Origin: Paraspadella gotoi
Taxonomy: Eukaryota > Animalia > Chaetognatha
Reading direction: 5' to 3'
Assembly: GCA_051294375.1 (NCBI GenBank)
Contig: JBJCIZ010000065.1
Coordinates: forward strand, 11,331 to 62,555
DNA: 51,225 bases
Shown here: positions 13,070 to 25,452 of the stretch, one piece after another
Position numbering within the stretch: position 1 is the stretch's first letter
Layout of the letters: each line of letters begins with the position of its first letter
Program-made: the position numbers and the translations under genes
Notes under the pieces: model-generated
What the model was told of the DNA's origin: nothing
Seen by the model: the letters and a program-made list of their open reading frames with translations, nothing else
Database searches by the model: none

Positions 13070-13692
13070 ATTCAGATATTATAGCTGAGAGCTATTTGTT
13101 TGTATATCTGTATCGTTTGCTAGTTTCTTTATATTCCTTTGATTCCCAATATTTTTATCATTAGCAAAACACTCAACGAAAACGGATTGATTTTCTTGAT
13201 TGTATAGCACATTTTATTTTATATTTTTTTTTTTTCTGATAAACTTAAATTTTATGAGTCACAACATTGTTTTAGTTTTTCCTTAGCAGTTCAATTAGTA
13301 AAATGTGAGCGAGATTGGGAAGCGACGTCGGTATGTTGAATGAATAATTGTACCTGCTAGTTCTATCATTGTTAAGACTCCTTTTATAGCTCGACGTGCA
13401 AGCTAATGTTGAATCATAATCTTCTTTATAGCTCATTGGGTTGAATCACTCTTATTTGTCTTGGAATTTTATTATCCAATGTTAATTGAGGAAAGTAAAT
13501 AAAAATTAGTTAACAAGATTTAATCTTTTAAAGTATCAATATTGTTAGCTATAAAAGCATTTTGTTTGATGATCAGTTAAATAGCATGATTTCTTCTACA
13601 GGTAGTTTCTATACGTACATACCCCTGTCAGTAAGCTTCCATCCCTTCCCTTTCTATCTGTCCTCCTCGCTGTATTAAGGCACGGAGCAGCT

Positions 13693-15935
13693 ATGGGAAA
13701 GACGATCGCAGCGCGCGGCTTTCGCTTTAAATAAGACAACGTTCAACAGCCGCCTTCAACGAGATCTCGCTATATGAGAGAGATGGTGTCCGTGTCATCG
13801 TCGTTGACTCCGATCTACAAGACATTTGGATGTCGACATCGGGCGATCTTCCTCCTCATCGTGGTTCTAAGAAAAGAACTAAAACTACCGGATAAAGACC
13901 GTTACCAGATTACGAATTCGAACGAGAGCGACGTCGAGTCCGCTTAGAGACAATTTCCGTTAAAATCGATCGACTTCGCACGAACCTTCGACGAAGCACA
14001 ACGTCTTGCATCGGATTTCTTACGTCTCGCGAATGACGTTACTGATTCTTTCTGGCCCATTGGTTTCGACTTCGAAGGTGCGACGCATGGTCCAACTCGC
14101 GTCGGAAATCGGAGGTTAACGTAAGTCGCCGCTTTCAACTTTCGTTCCGGTGGTCGGCGACTCTTGCTGTAAAGACGGCCACCTCCTGTGTTGGTGTCAA
14201 TTTTGACCCACCCATTCGCTTTCTTCATCGGCAAAAGCGTCCAGAAGATATCGATTCTATCGGCCAAAATTTCTCGGAGTTTCGTTCGTGACCATAGAGA
14301 AAGATTAAGTACAATCGACATCGCGAGTATGTACGGCTTTTTGCTACAACCACTCTAGAGGTCCTCCCCCTTATTGGATTGAGTTTTCCTCGATGACTTT
14401 TTCGGCATCTTGGGAGCCCCTTCTCTAAATATCTCCATCACTTCGTCAAACCAGAGTCAATACTCGACAAGACGCTTATTCATCGGAACCATCTTGCGGA
14501 TTTTGATGAGCGCAAATCTCTGGTCAAGCCCCACAGATGGATGCCCTCGTTAGTCTGCAGACAGCGTCCATGCTCTCTGACCGTATTGGGTTGCGCTTGC
14601 CCACTTCTTACAAGCCGGTTCTGATTCGAAATACTTACTACTGTCACTCGTTAAAATCCATCGTCTGCGCTATTTCGACAAAGTCAAAGAGAGAAAATAT
14701 AAGCGTACGCATGTTAGGCAAGAGTTTTTCTTGAATCTCAACGCCAACGATCGCGACGATTTCGTTTGTCATTTTCTTCGCGACGGCGGTTTCGGACCAC
14801 GGCCGTCTTCATGCGCTGTGTCAACTTCAAGTTTTACTGTGTCCCGTATTTACTCTCTTGGATTTTTTTTTACGTCAACCCTGGATTCGAATATCACTTC
14901 GCCGTCGTTATTTCTAATTTCGCTTCGTCCAATATCGCTTCTGGTCATTCGCTTCGTTTTAGCGAATTGGGAAAACCACGACATCTTCGGTTAAAAATCC
15001 AAGAATTTCCCATTTACGTGTTCAACGAAAACTTCCATGACCTCTTCAAATTAACGAAAGTTTGCGCTTCATCGAAATTTGTTCAGAATAGAAAAATTTA
15101 CTCTCTCCGGGATATATATAATACGCTCAAACCAACGAAATTGAGCCAACTTACGCGTATGTATATCTGCGGTGAGATTGAGCAACAGGATGTATATGCT
15201 TTCTGCATATATATTAGTGATGGTGACAAGACCTCGATATATACGACTTATTAATCGGGGAGAGTTCCCCTCCCTCGCGTCTTTCATGATACCAAATAGA
15301 GAAGCTCGATAAGAAACGCATACGAACCAAGGTTATCTCTCCTTTAATGCCGCGTCCACGTCTTGTTCCAGACCGAGATACAATCATTAGCGAAGGAGTG
15401 ATATTTTTATTTCCAAGCGCGAATTGGAAAAGTAGTTATTTCACGGTGCTTTCTCACTAATTTCCTCACTTTTTCGCGTAAATCGGCGCGTATACCATTA
15501 CTCTCCGGTCTTTGCTCGTCGATTATGGCACGTTTTGCAAACGTATTTACGAAATTAGGCGATAGATCGTTTTCACGTTCCAGAGTAGACGATTTGCGAA
15601 TTCTTTGATCGCCAACTTCACTGGTCGCCCCTATCACATTCTCGACGCCGCGGAAACTTGCAAATCTCACGGCCTTGTTCGACGATTGATTCATTGGGCG
15701 AATTCGTCATCAGAAGGAAAATTCTGCGCCGTGGTCTTCATTTCAGCGGAGAAGTGGTCCCTTCGCTCCAGGCACTTCGCCATATGTGCGATATTTGTGT
15801 TCTTGTCCAGTTATTCTGCGAAAAGACAAGTATTTTTTGATTCGTTTCGTGCAGTCGAAAGGAAAAGAAGACGTGACGATTCCCCTGATCGATCCCTTCT
15901 CGAAAGCGACGCTGAGCGGGACGCTCAGTTTTTAA
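13693..15935 (+). pseudogene. DEDDy 3'-5' exonuclease-containing accessory ORF, copy A
   Basis: Near-identical to 19426-21708, including the PIGFDFEG codons and the same in-frame stops. Confidence 0.75.
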
Positions 15936-16485
15936 AAAGGGGTAAATATCGTTGGACATAAACTCTTGTCATGATCCGTCGTTCTTATTCGCCTTTTGTA
16001 AAACTGTTTGAAAATATAAACAATCGATGGTTTGTCTACAAACAATACAGTTCATTGTTATTTCATTGCTTTGATTATATGATTCTAATTTCATACAGAT
16101 CGCATTAATGTTAGTTTGGCCATCGTCGGGGTTTATTTGTGGTTTATTTTATGTGGTTTATTTATATGGTTGTTTATTAAATGGATATATGGTTCATACA
16201 GTTCATTTGATTAGTGGCTAGGCCGAGCTTACTTGAGAGATCATTGTTGTTTCTATTCGTTAACCGATGCTTTCCTTTTGCTTACTCTAGTTCTTGATCT
16301 CTAAAGACTCATGAAATCCTGTGTTATAGATACTCTCAGAAGGGTGAGCAACTGACGGAAACCCCGCTCATCACGATTTGGTTGAACCGTATATATTTGT
16401 ATTGAAAATAAACAAATATATTACAGTTGCGGCGAAAGACGCGCTTTCCTGACGGCGCCGCCCGTCAATTAGGGGGGGGAGGTGG

Positions 16486-16510
16486 NNNNNNNNNNNNNNN
16501 NNNNNNNNNN
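16486..16510. other. Assembly gap (25 N)
   Basis: Run of N. Confidence 1.
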
Positions 16511-18798
16511 CAACTGGTAGGCGTACCAGATGGGCTATAGAATTAGACCCATATGATTTTGAGTTGGTCTATAAGAAAGGCAAAATCCATACTGATGCAG
16601 ATGCAATGAGTCGAAGAGGCGATGATGACGATGACATGGCTGATGATGAATATGGCGTCTTCGCTTCTGCCTCCACCCTCATTGAATCCGTCGCCCTCGA
16701 TGATGGTCCCGTCTTCTTGGGCATGGAAAACCCAGACGAGGGTCCCCTAGTAAGCCTTAATGCTAATGAAAGTGTCATTGCACGGCTCAGAATGGAACAG
16801 GATAGCGATCCAATCATTTCAGAAGTCAGGGACTTTGTCCGAAATAGAAAAAAGCCGCCTAGAACATTTCCTAACCGATGGTATACCAGAAGTTATAGGT
16901 TGGCTCTTGAGATGGTGTACTATATAGGAAGAATTTCTCTCAAAGTGGTCTTTGGCCGAATTGCAAGCCATAATCCTGATTCCATGGTTAAGGAAGTTTT
17001 GGAGACTTCCATGGTTCCATTTTCTCCGGTCACCCTTCCGTTCAGAAAATTCTCGATAAAGTGCGTAGATACGCAATCTGGCCCGGCGTTGGAAAAGATG
17101 TTGCTGAACATCTTAAAAATTGTAAAGTATGTGATCAAATCAAAGAACCTAATCCTAAAGCTAGAACTCCTCTTCAGCCCATTGTGGCAAACAACGTCTT
17201 TGACCATGTTATTTGCGACTTACTTAAGTTGCCCACTGCTCTGGCGACATGAAATATGTCTTAGTATTCAAAGATGTCTTTTCCGGGTACACTAGGCTTT
17301 ATAAGCTTAGAATAAAAACGCATCCGGAATAGCCAAGGCATTCGAAAACCTTGTATGCTTCGCTGGTCAGCTGTTGACTTCGGACAACGGTGGTGAGTTT
17401 ATCGCAGATGTTGTCAAGGCTGTGTGTCAGATAATGGGTACGAAAAAGAGGACTAGTGTCGCGTACCGTCCCGAATCCCAAGGAAATGACGAGAGACAGA
17501 ATCGTACTATAAATAAAGATCTGACGAAAGGATTGCTCCAATACGGTAAGAGTTGGGTCGATCATCTACCATACGTAGAATGGTCGTATAATACCACTCC
17601 GTTTGCTCGTACAGAAATGACACCTTATCTGGTATTCTTTGGTCGTGAACCTCCATTGCCCCCTTTTGTGGATGTCAAAATCGATCGACTTAAGGATCGC
17701 ACTTTGCAGGAGTACATTGATCAGGTTCGTAACCGTGTGAAAATGATAACCGGTGAAGCTAAAGCTCGAGCTGACAAGAAGAGAGCTCGAGAGGAAGAGC
17801 AATATAACAAGAAAACTAAGCATAACCCTTTTCAGGAGGGTGACCTGGTCTATGAGCGTGTTCCTGATGGTCTTAGAGAGAAACTTGATCCCAAATGGAC
17901 TGGTCCGCTGAAGGTGGTTGAGCGTAGGCTTAGTCCAAAAGGTGGTCTTGGTATGACTTATTGGTGTGAGAGAAAGGATGGTAGTCGATGTCGTCGTAAT
18001 TATGAGCATTTGAAAAGAGTGAATGCCGAATACGAGGAATTGATGAAAAAACCTCTTGTTGTAGAACAACAAAAGGTCTTAGTCAAAAATTCAATTACAT
18101 CTGGGCTTCTTGCGATTATTAGCAGCTCACTCAGGGATCCCCCAGTGGATCCTCCAGCTGAGATGCCCGTGGGTCTAGCCCCACCTCCAATCGCATCTGC
18201 TGACCCTGTCCCAGTTACCATGCTATCAGGTGGACACCTGCCAGCAGAATCAGTTCTCGACGACCCTCAACCCTCTTCATCTGAACCCTCTCGTGATCGT
18301 GATACTTTGGATTCCGATCCGACTCCCACCAACGCTGTTGACCAATCAGATGATGTAATTATCATTGGACGTAAAGATCCAAGTCCTGCATCAGACAGTA
18401 CAAAAGTTAAACAAGCTTGGTCAGATACTGGTACTGAAGTTCTCAACACAAGAACTAGATCAGAGACAAGACGTTATCAGTTAGCTCTTCAAAGCTCTAT
18501 GGGCCGTACTCCATCACAAGAATCTGGAGGTCCTTCCAGTTGTGATACCGGTCCCCCGGATGTATTTGACTTGCTTCAAGTATCAACAAGTGCTGGTGAG
18601 TTAACCACATCGGATCTTTTTGATGATCCAGCTACCTTTAAAGTAAGACCTAAAACAAAACCAAAAAGCGTTACTAAATCTGCCTCTTCTAACAAAAACG
18701 TTGGTTCCTCTTCTAGTGACGTTCGTCCCACAGCTAGTGGCTCTGGCTCAGTATCGGAGGGAGAGGCTACAACCCCATCTACCAGTACTCCTAAATAA
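16511..18798 (+). CDS. pol: Gypsy pol C-terminal part: RNase H end, HHCC zinc finger, DDE integrase, GPY/F domain, Ser/Pro-rich tail (frameshifted)
   Basis: KKGKIHTDADAMSR; HGSIFSGH...CKVC; VICDLLKLP; TSDNGGEF; YRPESQGNDERQN; WSYNTT...TPYLVFFGREP; KWTGPLKV. Confidence 0.93.
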
Positions 18799-19425
18799 AT
18801 TCAGATATTATAGCTGAGAGCTATTTGTCTTGTATATCTGTATCGTTTGCTAGTTTCTTTTATATTCCTTTTATTCCCAATATTTTTATCATTACAAAAC
18901 ACTCAACGAAAACGGATTGATTTCTTGATTGTATAGCACATTTTATTTTATATTTTTTTTTTTCTGATAAACTTAAATTTTATGAGTCACAACATTGTTT
19001 AGTTTTCCTTAGCAGTTCAATTAGTATAAATGTGAGCGAGATTGGGAAGCGACGTCGGTTAGTTTGAATGAATAATGTACCTGCTAGTTCTATCATTGTT
19101 AAGACTCCTTTTATAGCTCGACGTGCAAGCTAATGTTGAAATCATAATCCTTCTATAGCTCATTGGGTTGAATCACTCTTATTTGTCTTGGAATTTTATT
19201 ATCCAATGTTATATTGAGGAAAGTAAAATAAAAAATTAGTTAACAAGATTTTATCTTTTAAAGTATCATATTGTTAGCTATAAAAGCATTTTGTTTGATG
19301 ATCAGTTAAATAGCATTGATTTTCTCTACAGGTAGTTCTATACGTACATACCTCCCTGTCAGTAAGCTTCCATCCCCTTCCCCTTTCTATCTGTCTCCTT
19401 CGCTGTATTAAGGCACGGAGCAGCT

Positions 19426-21708
19426 ATGGGAAAGAGACGATCGGCAGCGGCGCGGCTTCTCGCTTTAAAAGACAACGTTCAACAGCCGCCTTCACGAGAT
19501 CTCGGATATGAGAGAGATGGTGTCCGTGTCATCGTCGTTGACTCCGATCTACAAGATTTGGATGTCGACATCGGCGATCTTCCTCCTCATCGTGGTTCTA
19601 AGAAAAGAACTAAAACTACCGATAAAGACCGTTACCAGATCTACGAATTCGAACGAGAGCGACGTCGAGTCCGCTTAGAGACTATTCCGTTAAAATCGAT
19701 CGACTTCGCACGAACCTTCGACGAAGCACAACGTCTTGCATCGGATTTCTTACGTCTCGCGAATGACGTTACTGATTCTTTCTGGCCCATTGGTTTCGAC
19801 TTCGAAGGTGACGACGCCATGGTCCAACTCGCGTCGGAAATCGGAGGTTAACGTAAAGTCGCCGTCTTTCAACTTCGTTCCGGTGTCGGCGACTCTTGCT
19901 GTAAAGACGGCCCACCTCCTGTGTTGGTGTCAATTTTGACCCACCCATTCGCTTTCTTCATCGGCAAAAGCGTCCAGAAAGATATCGATTCTATCGCCAA
20001 ATTTCTCGGAGTTTCGTTCGCTGACCATGAGAAGATTAAGTACATCGACATCGCGAGTATGTACGGCTTTTGCTACAACCACTCTAGAGGTCCCTCCCCC
20101 TTATTGGATTGAGTTTCCTCGATGACCTTTTTCGGCATCTTGGGAGCCCCTTCTCTTAAATATCTCCATCACTTCGTCAAACCAGAGTCAATCCTCGACA
20201 AACGCTTATTCCATCGGAACCATCTTGCGGATTTTGATGAGCGCAAATCTCTGGTCAAGCCCCCACAGATGGATGCACTCGTTAGTCTGCAGACAGCGTC
20301 CATGCTCTCTGACCGTATTGGGTTGCGCTTGGCCCCTCTTACAAGCCGGTTCTGATTCGAATACTTACTACTGTCACTCGTTAAAATCCATCGTCTGCGC
20401 TATTTCGACAAAGTCAAAAGAGAGAAAAATATAAGCGTACTCATGTTAAGGCAAGAGACTTTATCTTGAATCTCAACGCCAACGATCGCGACGATTTCGT
20501 TTGTCATTTTCTTCGCGACGGCGGTTTCGGACACGGCCGTCTTCATGCGCTGTGTCAACTCAAGTTTTACTGTGTCCCCGTATTTACTCTCTTGGATTTT
20601 TTCTTACGTCAACCCTGGGATTCGAAATCACTTCGCCTCGTTATTTCTAATTTCGCTTCGCCAGATATCGCTCTGGTCATTCGCTTCGTTTTAGCGAATT
20701 GGGAAAACCACGACATCCTTCGGTTAAAAATCCAAGAAATTCCCCATTTACGTGTTCCAGACGAAAACTTCCATGACCTCTTCAAATGTAACGCAGTTTT
20801 GCGCTTCATCGAAATTTGTTCAGAATAGAAAAATTTACCTCTCTCTCGCCGTTTTGTCGCTCTCAACGCACAACGAAAAATTGAGCCAATCTTACGCGTC
20901 TATATCTGCGGTGAGATTGAGCAACAGGATGTATATGCTTTCTGCATCCAATTTAGTGATGGTGACGACTTCGTCTTCGAAAAATGTGCGACTTTTATCG
21001 CGGAGAGTCATCCCTCCCTCGCGTCTTTCCTGATCAAAGCTCGAGGCGGAAGAAGCGGAAAACTCGATGATGAACGCCATTTCGAACCAAAGTGTTATCT
21101 CTCCTTTAATGCCCGTCTCCACAGTCTTGTTCCAGACCGCGGAGAGGGCACAATCATTAGCGAAAGGAGTGACATTTTTTATTTCCAGCGCGAATTGGAA
21201 AAAGTATGTTATTTCACGGTGCTTTCTCACTAATTTCCTCACTTTTCGCGTAAATCGGCGCGTATACCATTACTCTCCGGTCTTTGCTCGTCGATTATGG
21301 CACGTTTTGCAAACGTATTTACGAAATTAGGCGATAGATCCGTTTTCACGTTCCAGAGTAGACGGATTTGCGAATTCTTTGATCGCCAACTTCACTGGTC
21401 CCCCTATCACATTCTCGACGCCGCGGAAACTTGCAAATCTCACGGCCTTGTTCCGACGATTGATTCATTGGCGGAATTCGTCACAGAAGGAAAATTCTGC
21501 CGCCGTGGTCTTCATTTCAGCGGAGAAGTGGTCCCTTCGCTCCAGGCACTTCGCCATCGTGCGATATTTGTGTCTCTTGTCCAGTTATTCTGCGAAAAGA
21601 CAAGTATTTTTGATTCGTTTCGTGCCATCGAAAGGAAAAGAAGACGTGACGATTCCCCTGATCGATCCCCTTCTCGAAAGCGACGCTGAGCGGGACGCTC
21701 AGTTTTAA
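19426..21708 (+). pseudogene. Accessory ORF with an N-terminal DEDDy (RNase D/WRN/EXD-like) 3'-5' exonuclease domain (~19770-20310) and an unrecognised C-terminal region
   Basis: Reading through in-frame stops at 19849 and 20110 gives PIGFDFEG (ExoI), MVQLAS..VAVFQL, PPVLVSILTHPFAFFIGKSVQKDI (ExoII), KYIDIA, SLKYL..ILDK and PPQMDALV (ExoIII Asp; Tyr missing). Acceptor-like TTTCTCTACAG at 19331. Confidence 0.8.
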
Positions 21709-22244
21709 AAAGGGGTAAATATCTGTTGGACATAAACTCTTGTCATGATCCGTCGTTCTTATTCGCCTTTTGTAAAACTGTTTGAAAATATAAACAATCG
21801 ATGTTTGTCTACAAACAATACAGTTCATTGTTATTTCATTGCTTTGATTAATCATGATTCTATTTCATACAGATCGCATTAATGTTAGTTGGCCATCGTC
21901 GGGGTTTATTTGTGTGGTTTATTTATGTGGTTTATTTATATGGTTGTTTATTTAAATGGATATTGGTTCATACAGTTCATTTGATTAGTGGCTAGGCCGA
22001 GCTTACTTGAGAGATCATTGTTGTTTCTATCGTTAACCGATGCTTTCCTTTTGCTTACCTCTAGTTCTTGATCTCTAAAGACTCATGAAATCCTGTGTTA
22101 TAGATACTCTCAGAAGGGTGAGCAACTGACGGAAAACCCCGCTCATCACGATTTGGTTGAACAGTATAATTTGTATTGAAAATAAACAAATATATTACAG
22201 TTGGCGGCGAAAGACGCCGCTTTCCTGACGGCGCCGCCCGTCAA

Positions 22245-22760
22245 TTAGACGCCGGTTGTGGGCGTGGCTGCTGCGGTACGTTGGGGCATCTTTGAGTCAC
22301 GTGATCTTTCATTCTTTTTCCGTCTCTTGGCGCCGGAAGTCGATTTGATTTCTTCTGTCGAAACATCACTGAACCATCTGGCCAGATGTAAGGTTGAGCA
22401 GTTTGCTGTGTATGGCGCTTGTTGGGGCCGGGGCTGCGCTGGGGCTAGCGCTTGGATCAGCGGCTGGCTCGGGGGCTGGATCTGCTGCCGAGCTTGCGGC
22501 TGCAATGGAACCAATGCGGAAAATGCTGTTTGCTGCAGCTGCTGCTTCGTCGCTCGCTGAGCCTTCCTGTTGGCGGCGTTGATGACATGGAGCCACATGA
22601 GGTGCTCTCGGAACACTTTCATCTCTTCATCTTTTGACGAGCGGGAGTGAAAAGGCGGCGGCGTCTCTCGCCTTGCGGTAAACTTCAATTCCTCGTTTTT
22701 AATTTTTCTCTCAAGGATCGTATTTTGTTTCACTACATCGGCTTTTGTCGCGTCCGCCAT
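22245..22760 (-). CDS. Antisense 171-aa ORF (charged N-terminus, Gln/Pro-rich centre, basic KRRKK tail)
   Basis: Intact ATG-to-stop ORF in an AAAATGG context, in a GC-rich island between the exonuclease ORF and the PPT. Confidence 0.5.
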   Translation of the reverse strand: MADATKADVVKQNTILERKIKNEELKFTARRETPPPFHSRSSKDEEMKVFREHLMWLHVINAANRKAQRATKQQLQQTAFSALVPLQPQARQQIQPPSQPLIQALAPAQPRPQQAPYTANCSTLHLARWFSDVSTEEIKSTSGAKRRKKNERSRDSKMPQRTAAATPTTGV

Positions 22761-23173
22761 TTTGATCGTGCGTCTATTGGGGCGTGGCGAGAATAACGGA
22801 AACGCGACGGTGGAGACGCCGAATTTTCATCTGAGAAAATCAATGGTGCTGGTTTCTATGGGCTTCTGTACAATATTTAATTTAATATTATTTGGCTTCA
22901 AATTATTAAAGATAACATTTCCCTTTTAAATCTTAGCAAATTAGATCATAAGTTTATCAGTTATATCTTAGTTTTAAAGATCCTTTCCTCAATTATAAAT
23001 TGCCTACTTTTATCCACCACGATGACGCAAGTCGTTCGCCGACAATCATCATCGATCCCCGGTCTCCTCAATGTTCTCACGACGATGCTTCAGCCGCCGG
23101 GAGACGACGACGAAAACGACGATGCAATCTTTTAACTCTCCTTCAAGCCTTCTCCCCATCCGGTCGAAGCTTT

Positions 23174-23185
23174 GGTGGGGGGATG
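23174..23185 (+). promoter_or_regulatory. Polypurine tract (GGTGGGGGGATG)
   Basis: G-rich tract immediately 5' of the TGTGGA LTR start. Confidence 0.65.
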
Positions 23186-23398
23186 TGTGGAGCAACAACA
23201 ACAACAACACGCAACCTCGGTCAAAACTGTCCTTACCAACCTTACCCTCGATCGAATTCCCTCATTCTCTTTACAGTCAAACTATGACCTTGTAAATATC
23301 CATTGTTATAGACTTAGCATCTGAGCCTTTTGACTGTTATCGTTTTTAACCTTGTTGAAGAATAAATCATTCTTACTCTGAAACTTATTGCGTCCACA
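23186..23398 (+). repeat. 3' LTR (213 bp)
   Basis: Perfect inverted termini TGTGGA...TCCACA, AATAAA at 23361, preceded by a PPT. No partner LTR in the window. Confidence 0.65.
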
Positions 23399-24034
23399 AT
23401 GTTTTCTTTAAATAAATCGTTGTTGAAACTAATTTCAAACTCTTTTTATTGCCATTACACAACGAAACGAAAGGATTATACCACAAGGATACTTTTTAAA
23501 AATTGTGAGGAAATTGTGAACTGACATATATTTTTATTAAAAACTTTTTTGCAGATTACGACTTTAATATTTTTTTACTTATAAGTATAATATACTTATT
23601 AAATGTTTTAAAATTTAAAATTAGTGATTACAAAAAAAATCAGAATAAAATTTTCAGAAAAATTTTTAAAAAAACCTTTTTTTGAGGTATTATGCTCGTT
23701 TCAGGGCTAAGAAAGAAAAAAATATTAAAGTATAATAATTATTTGTACTTTAAAATGGGTAAAAAAAGAATAAAAAACTAATTAATTATTGTTTATTTCA
23801 GTTGGATAATAATAAACTACACAAATTATTAGAAATTCAAAAAATAGCTAAAAATACTCATTCAGGGCCCGGTAGTCAAGCGATATCGTGGTTTGCGACG
23901 GTTTTTGACTTTACCATCAGATTCCCTACCCCCATTTTGGTATAGTTAGCCTATCCCAACAGTAAAAAGACTAGCTTTATATTTTTTTGAAATGTTTTAA
24001 TACTTATACTCTACTGTTTATCTTTATTCTCCAC

Positions 24035-24130
24035 CTGACTCAGTTCCTTGGGCAGCGCCTGATGGGCGACCGGCAGCTCGTCAGGCTGAAGTCGAGGCGA
24101 CTGGGAAGAACGTCCTAAAGCCATGAGGAT
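24035..24130 (-). CDS. Possible isolated 96-nt exon
   Basis: GC-rich island bounded by CCTGTCAG and CAG|GTGGAG, open in phase 0 (ILMALGRSSQSPRLQPDELPVAHQALPKELSQ). Confidence 0.25.
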
Positions 24131-24189
24131 CTGACAGGGGAACACATAATTAGAATAATTATGAGTCAATATAAGTAGAAAGATTCAAG

Positions 24190-24490
24190 TAAACACTTTT
24201 CCACTCGAACGATTCCATCGAAACTTTATATCTCGCTCAATAACACACTTCTCTACCCACACGCAATTTTTTTTTTATTTCCATCCAGTCAGGAGTAATT
24301 GGAGTTTATTGCTTCTCACAGACAGTCAGACGGATGGACAGACAGACGGAAATCATTTTTTTGCACAATTTATCATAATTCGATATTTTGATATGATATA
24401 AATGATTTACAGACAATATTTTGGGGTGGGACCGACGAACTGACAAAATGAATTATAGAGTCGAAATCTACTGATAAGCAGATCCGAATA
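24190..24490. mobile_element. Probable non-autonomous Helentron/DINE-1-like (HINE) element
   Basis: Internal ACAGACAGTCAGACGGATGGACAGACAGACGG microsatellite of the kind typical of DINE-1/HINE elements. Ends not resolved. Confidence 0.4.
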
Positions 24491-24504
24491 AAAATTACAA
24501 TTTT

Positions 24505-25050
24505 TCAACACCCAAAAAAGTACCTATCTTTACTTTCCATATAACGAGCACTCATAAAAAAATTATCTTGTTGATTTCCAAATGATTCACCACCTACTAC
24601 ATCTATGAATTTTTTTTCACATACTTTCATATTTGTAGGTTTTATTGGGGCAATACATCTTGTAGCATTATGTAATGATCTACAACCGAATGCACAACAA
24701 GCACAATGTTTTTGTCCCTGTCTTGACATAAACCAACCTTCTGGACATTTAGTGCATTTTGTCGCGCCATCATTTAATGATCTGGTTCCAGGTAAACATG
24801 CAAAACATGTCGTTTGCCCAATTTCATCATTGTAAGAGCCAGCAGGACAATTAACACATCGGCTCGCTCCAAAAATATAGTTGGACATTTTTCCTTTGGG
24901 GCAAACTTTTTTACAAGATGTGCTTCCCTTTACATCAGTATACTTTCCTTTTTCACAAGTTAGGCATGCAAATCCTCCATCTTGCGGTTGATATTCACCC
25001 ACTGGACATAAAGTACATTTTGAGTTTTCTGGTGTCACTTTTTCATAAAA
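24505..25050 (-). CDS. Terminal exon of a Cys-rich protein with GCC2/GCC3 (ephrin-receptor-like/TNFR-like) repeats
   Basis: Repeated CxxCPxGxY...GxxxC motifs (CTLCPVGEYQPQDG, CVNCPAGSYNDEIGQTTC, CTKCPEGWF). TTTTTTTCAG acceptor at 25051, phase 0, open to the stop at 24505. Confidence 0.8.
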   Translation of the reverse strand, partial: FYEKVTPENSKCTLCPVGEYQPQDGGFACLTCEKGKYTDVKGSTSCKKVCPKGKMSNYIFGASRCVNCPAGSYNDEIGQTTCFACLPGTRSLNDGATKCTKCPEGWFMSRQGQKHCACCAFGCRSLHNATRCIAPIKPTNMKVCEKKFIDVVGGESFGNQQDNFFMSARYMESKDRYFFGC

Positions 25051-25452
25051 CTGAAAAAAATATTAAAGTATATTTTGATAACAATTTTTAAAAATTTTCA
25101 GTAAAACTACACATATTTAGTGACTCTCTTTCTCTTACTTTCTTTCTCTAACACTCTCTTCCTCTCACTCTTCCAGCAAACTCCTTTGACATCTATGAAA
25201 GTAGGTGCATTAAGTGTGCTCCGTCACCCATCGTGCATACATTTCGCGAATCGACCTGTCATCCGAGCGCGAGAGACAAATGTCTGCCCGCGGTTCCATC
25301 CTCGGCGAGAACAGACATTTTGGGATGTGTTAGAGAGAGAGAGAGAGAGAATGAGAATGGCTGTGTCTCTTCCATCCCGGCGTAAACAGACATTTCGGGA
25401 ATCGAGCTGTCATCCGCGCGCCTTGGGCTATGGTGCCCCTATATTTTTTCAA

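Larger units (their letters stand above)
10630..16472 (+). mobile_element. Ty3/Gypsy LTR retrotransposon, 3' internal part, copy A (indel-rich duplicate of 16511-22248)
   Basis: RNase H motifs (QQKWATYDREFFA, AITDHRP, RRTRWAI.LDPYDFELVYKKG). Near-identical to copy B from ~10799 onward apart from many 1-bp indels. Confidence 0.9.
16511..23398 (+). mobile_element. Ty3/Gypsy LTR retrotransposon, copy B: pol 3' end, exonuclease ORF, antisense ORF, PPT, 3' LTR
   Basis: RNase H followed by integrase (Gypsy order). PPT and TGTGGA...TCCACA LTR downstream. Attributing that LTR to this element is an inference from position. Confidence 0.8.

Noticed and set aside
16880-17295. Novel hydrophobic domain in ORF 16564-17295
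   Set aside because: Out-of-frame translation of the integrase zinc-finger region after frameshifts.
21686-21706. Hairpin CTGAGCG-GGA-CGCTCAG plus TTTT resembling an intrinsic terminator
   Set aside because: Eukaryotic retroelement context and overlap with an ORF end; a 7-bp stem can arise by chance.
24035-24130. Hammerhead ribozyme (CTGACGAG core on the minus strand)
   Set aside because: No GAAA core element and no closing stem I/III pairing found.
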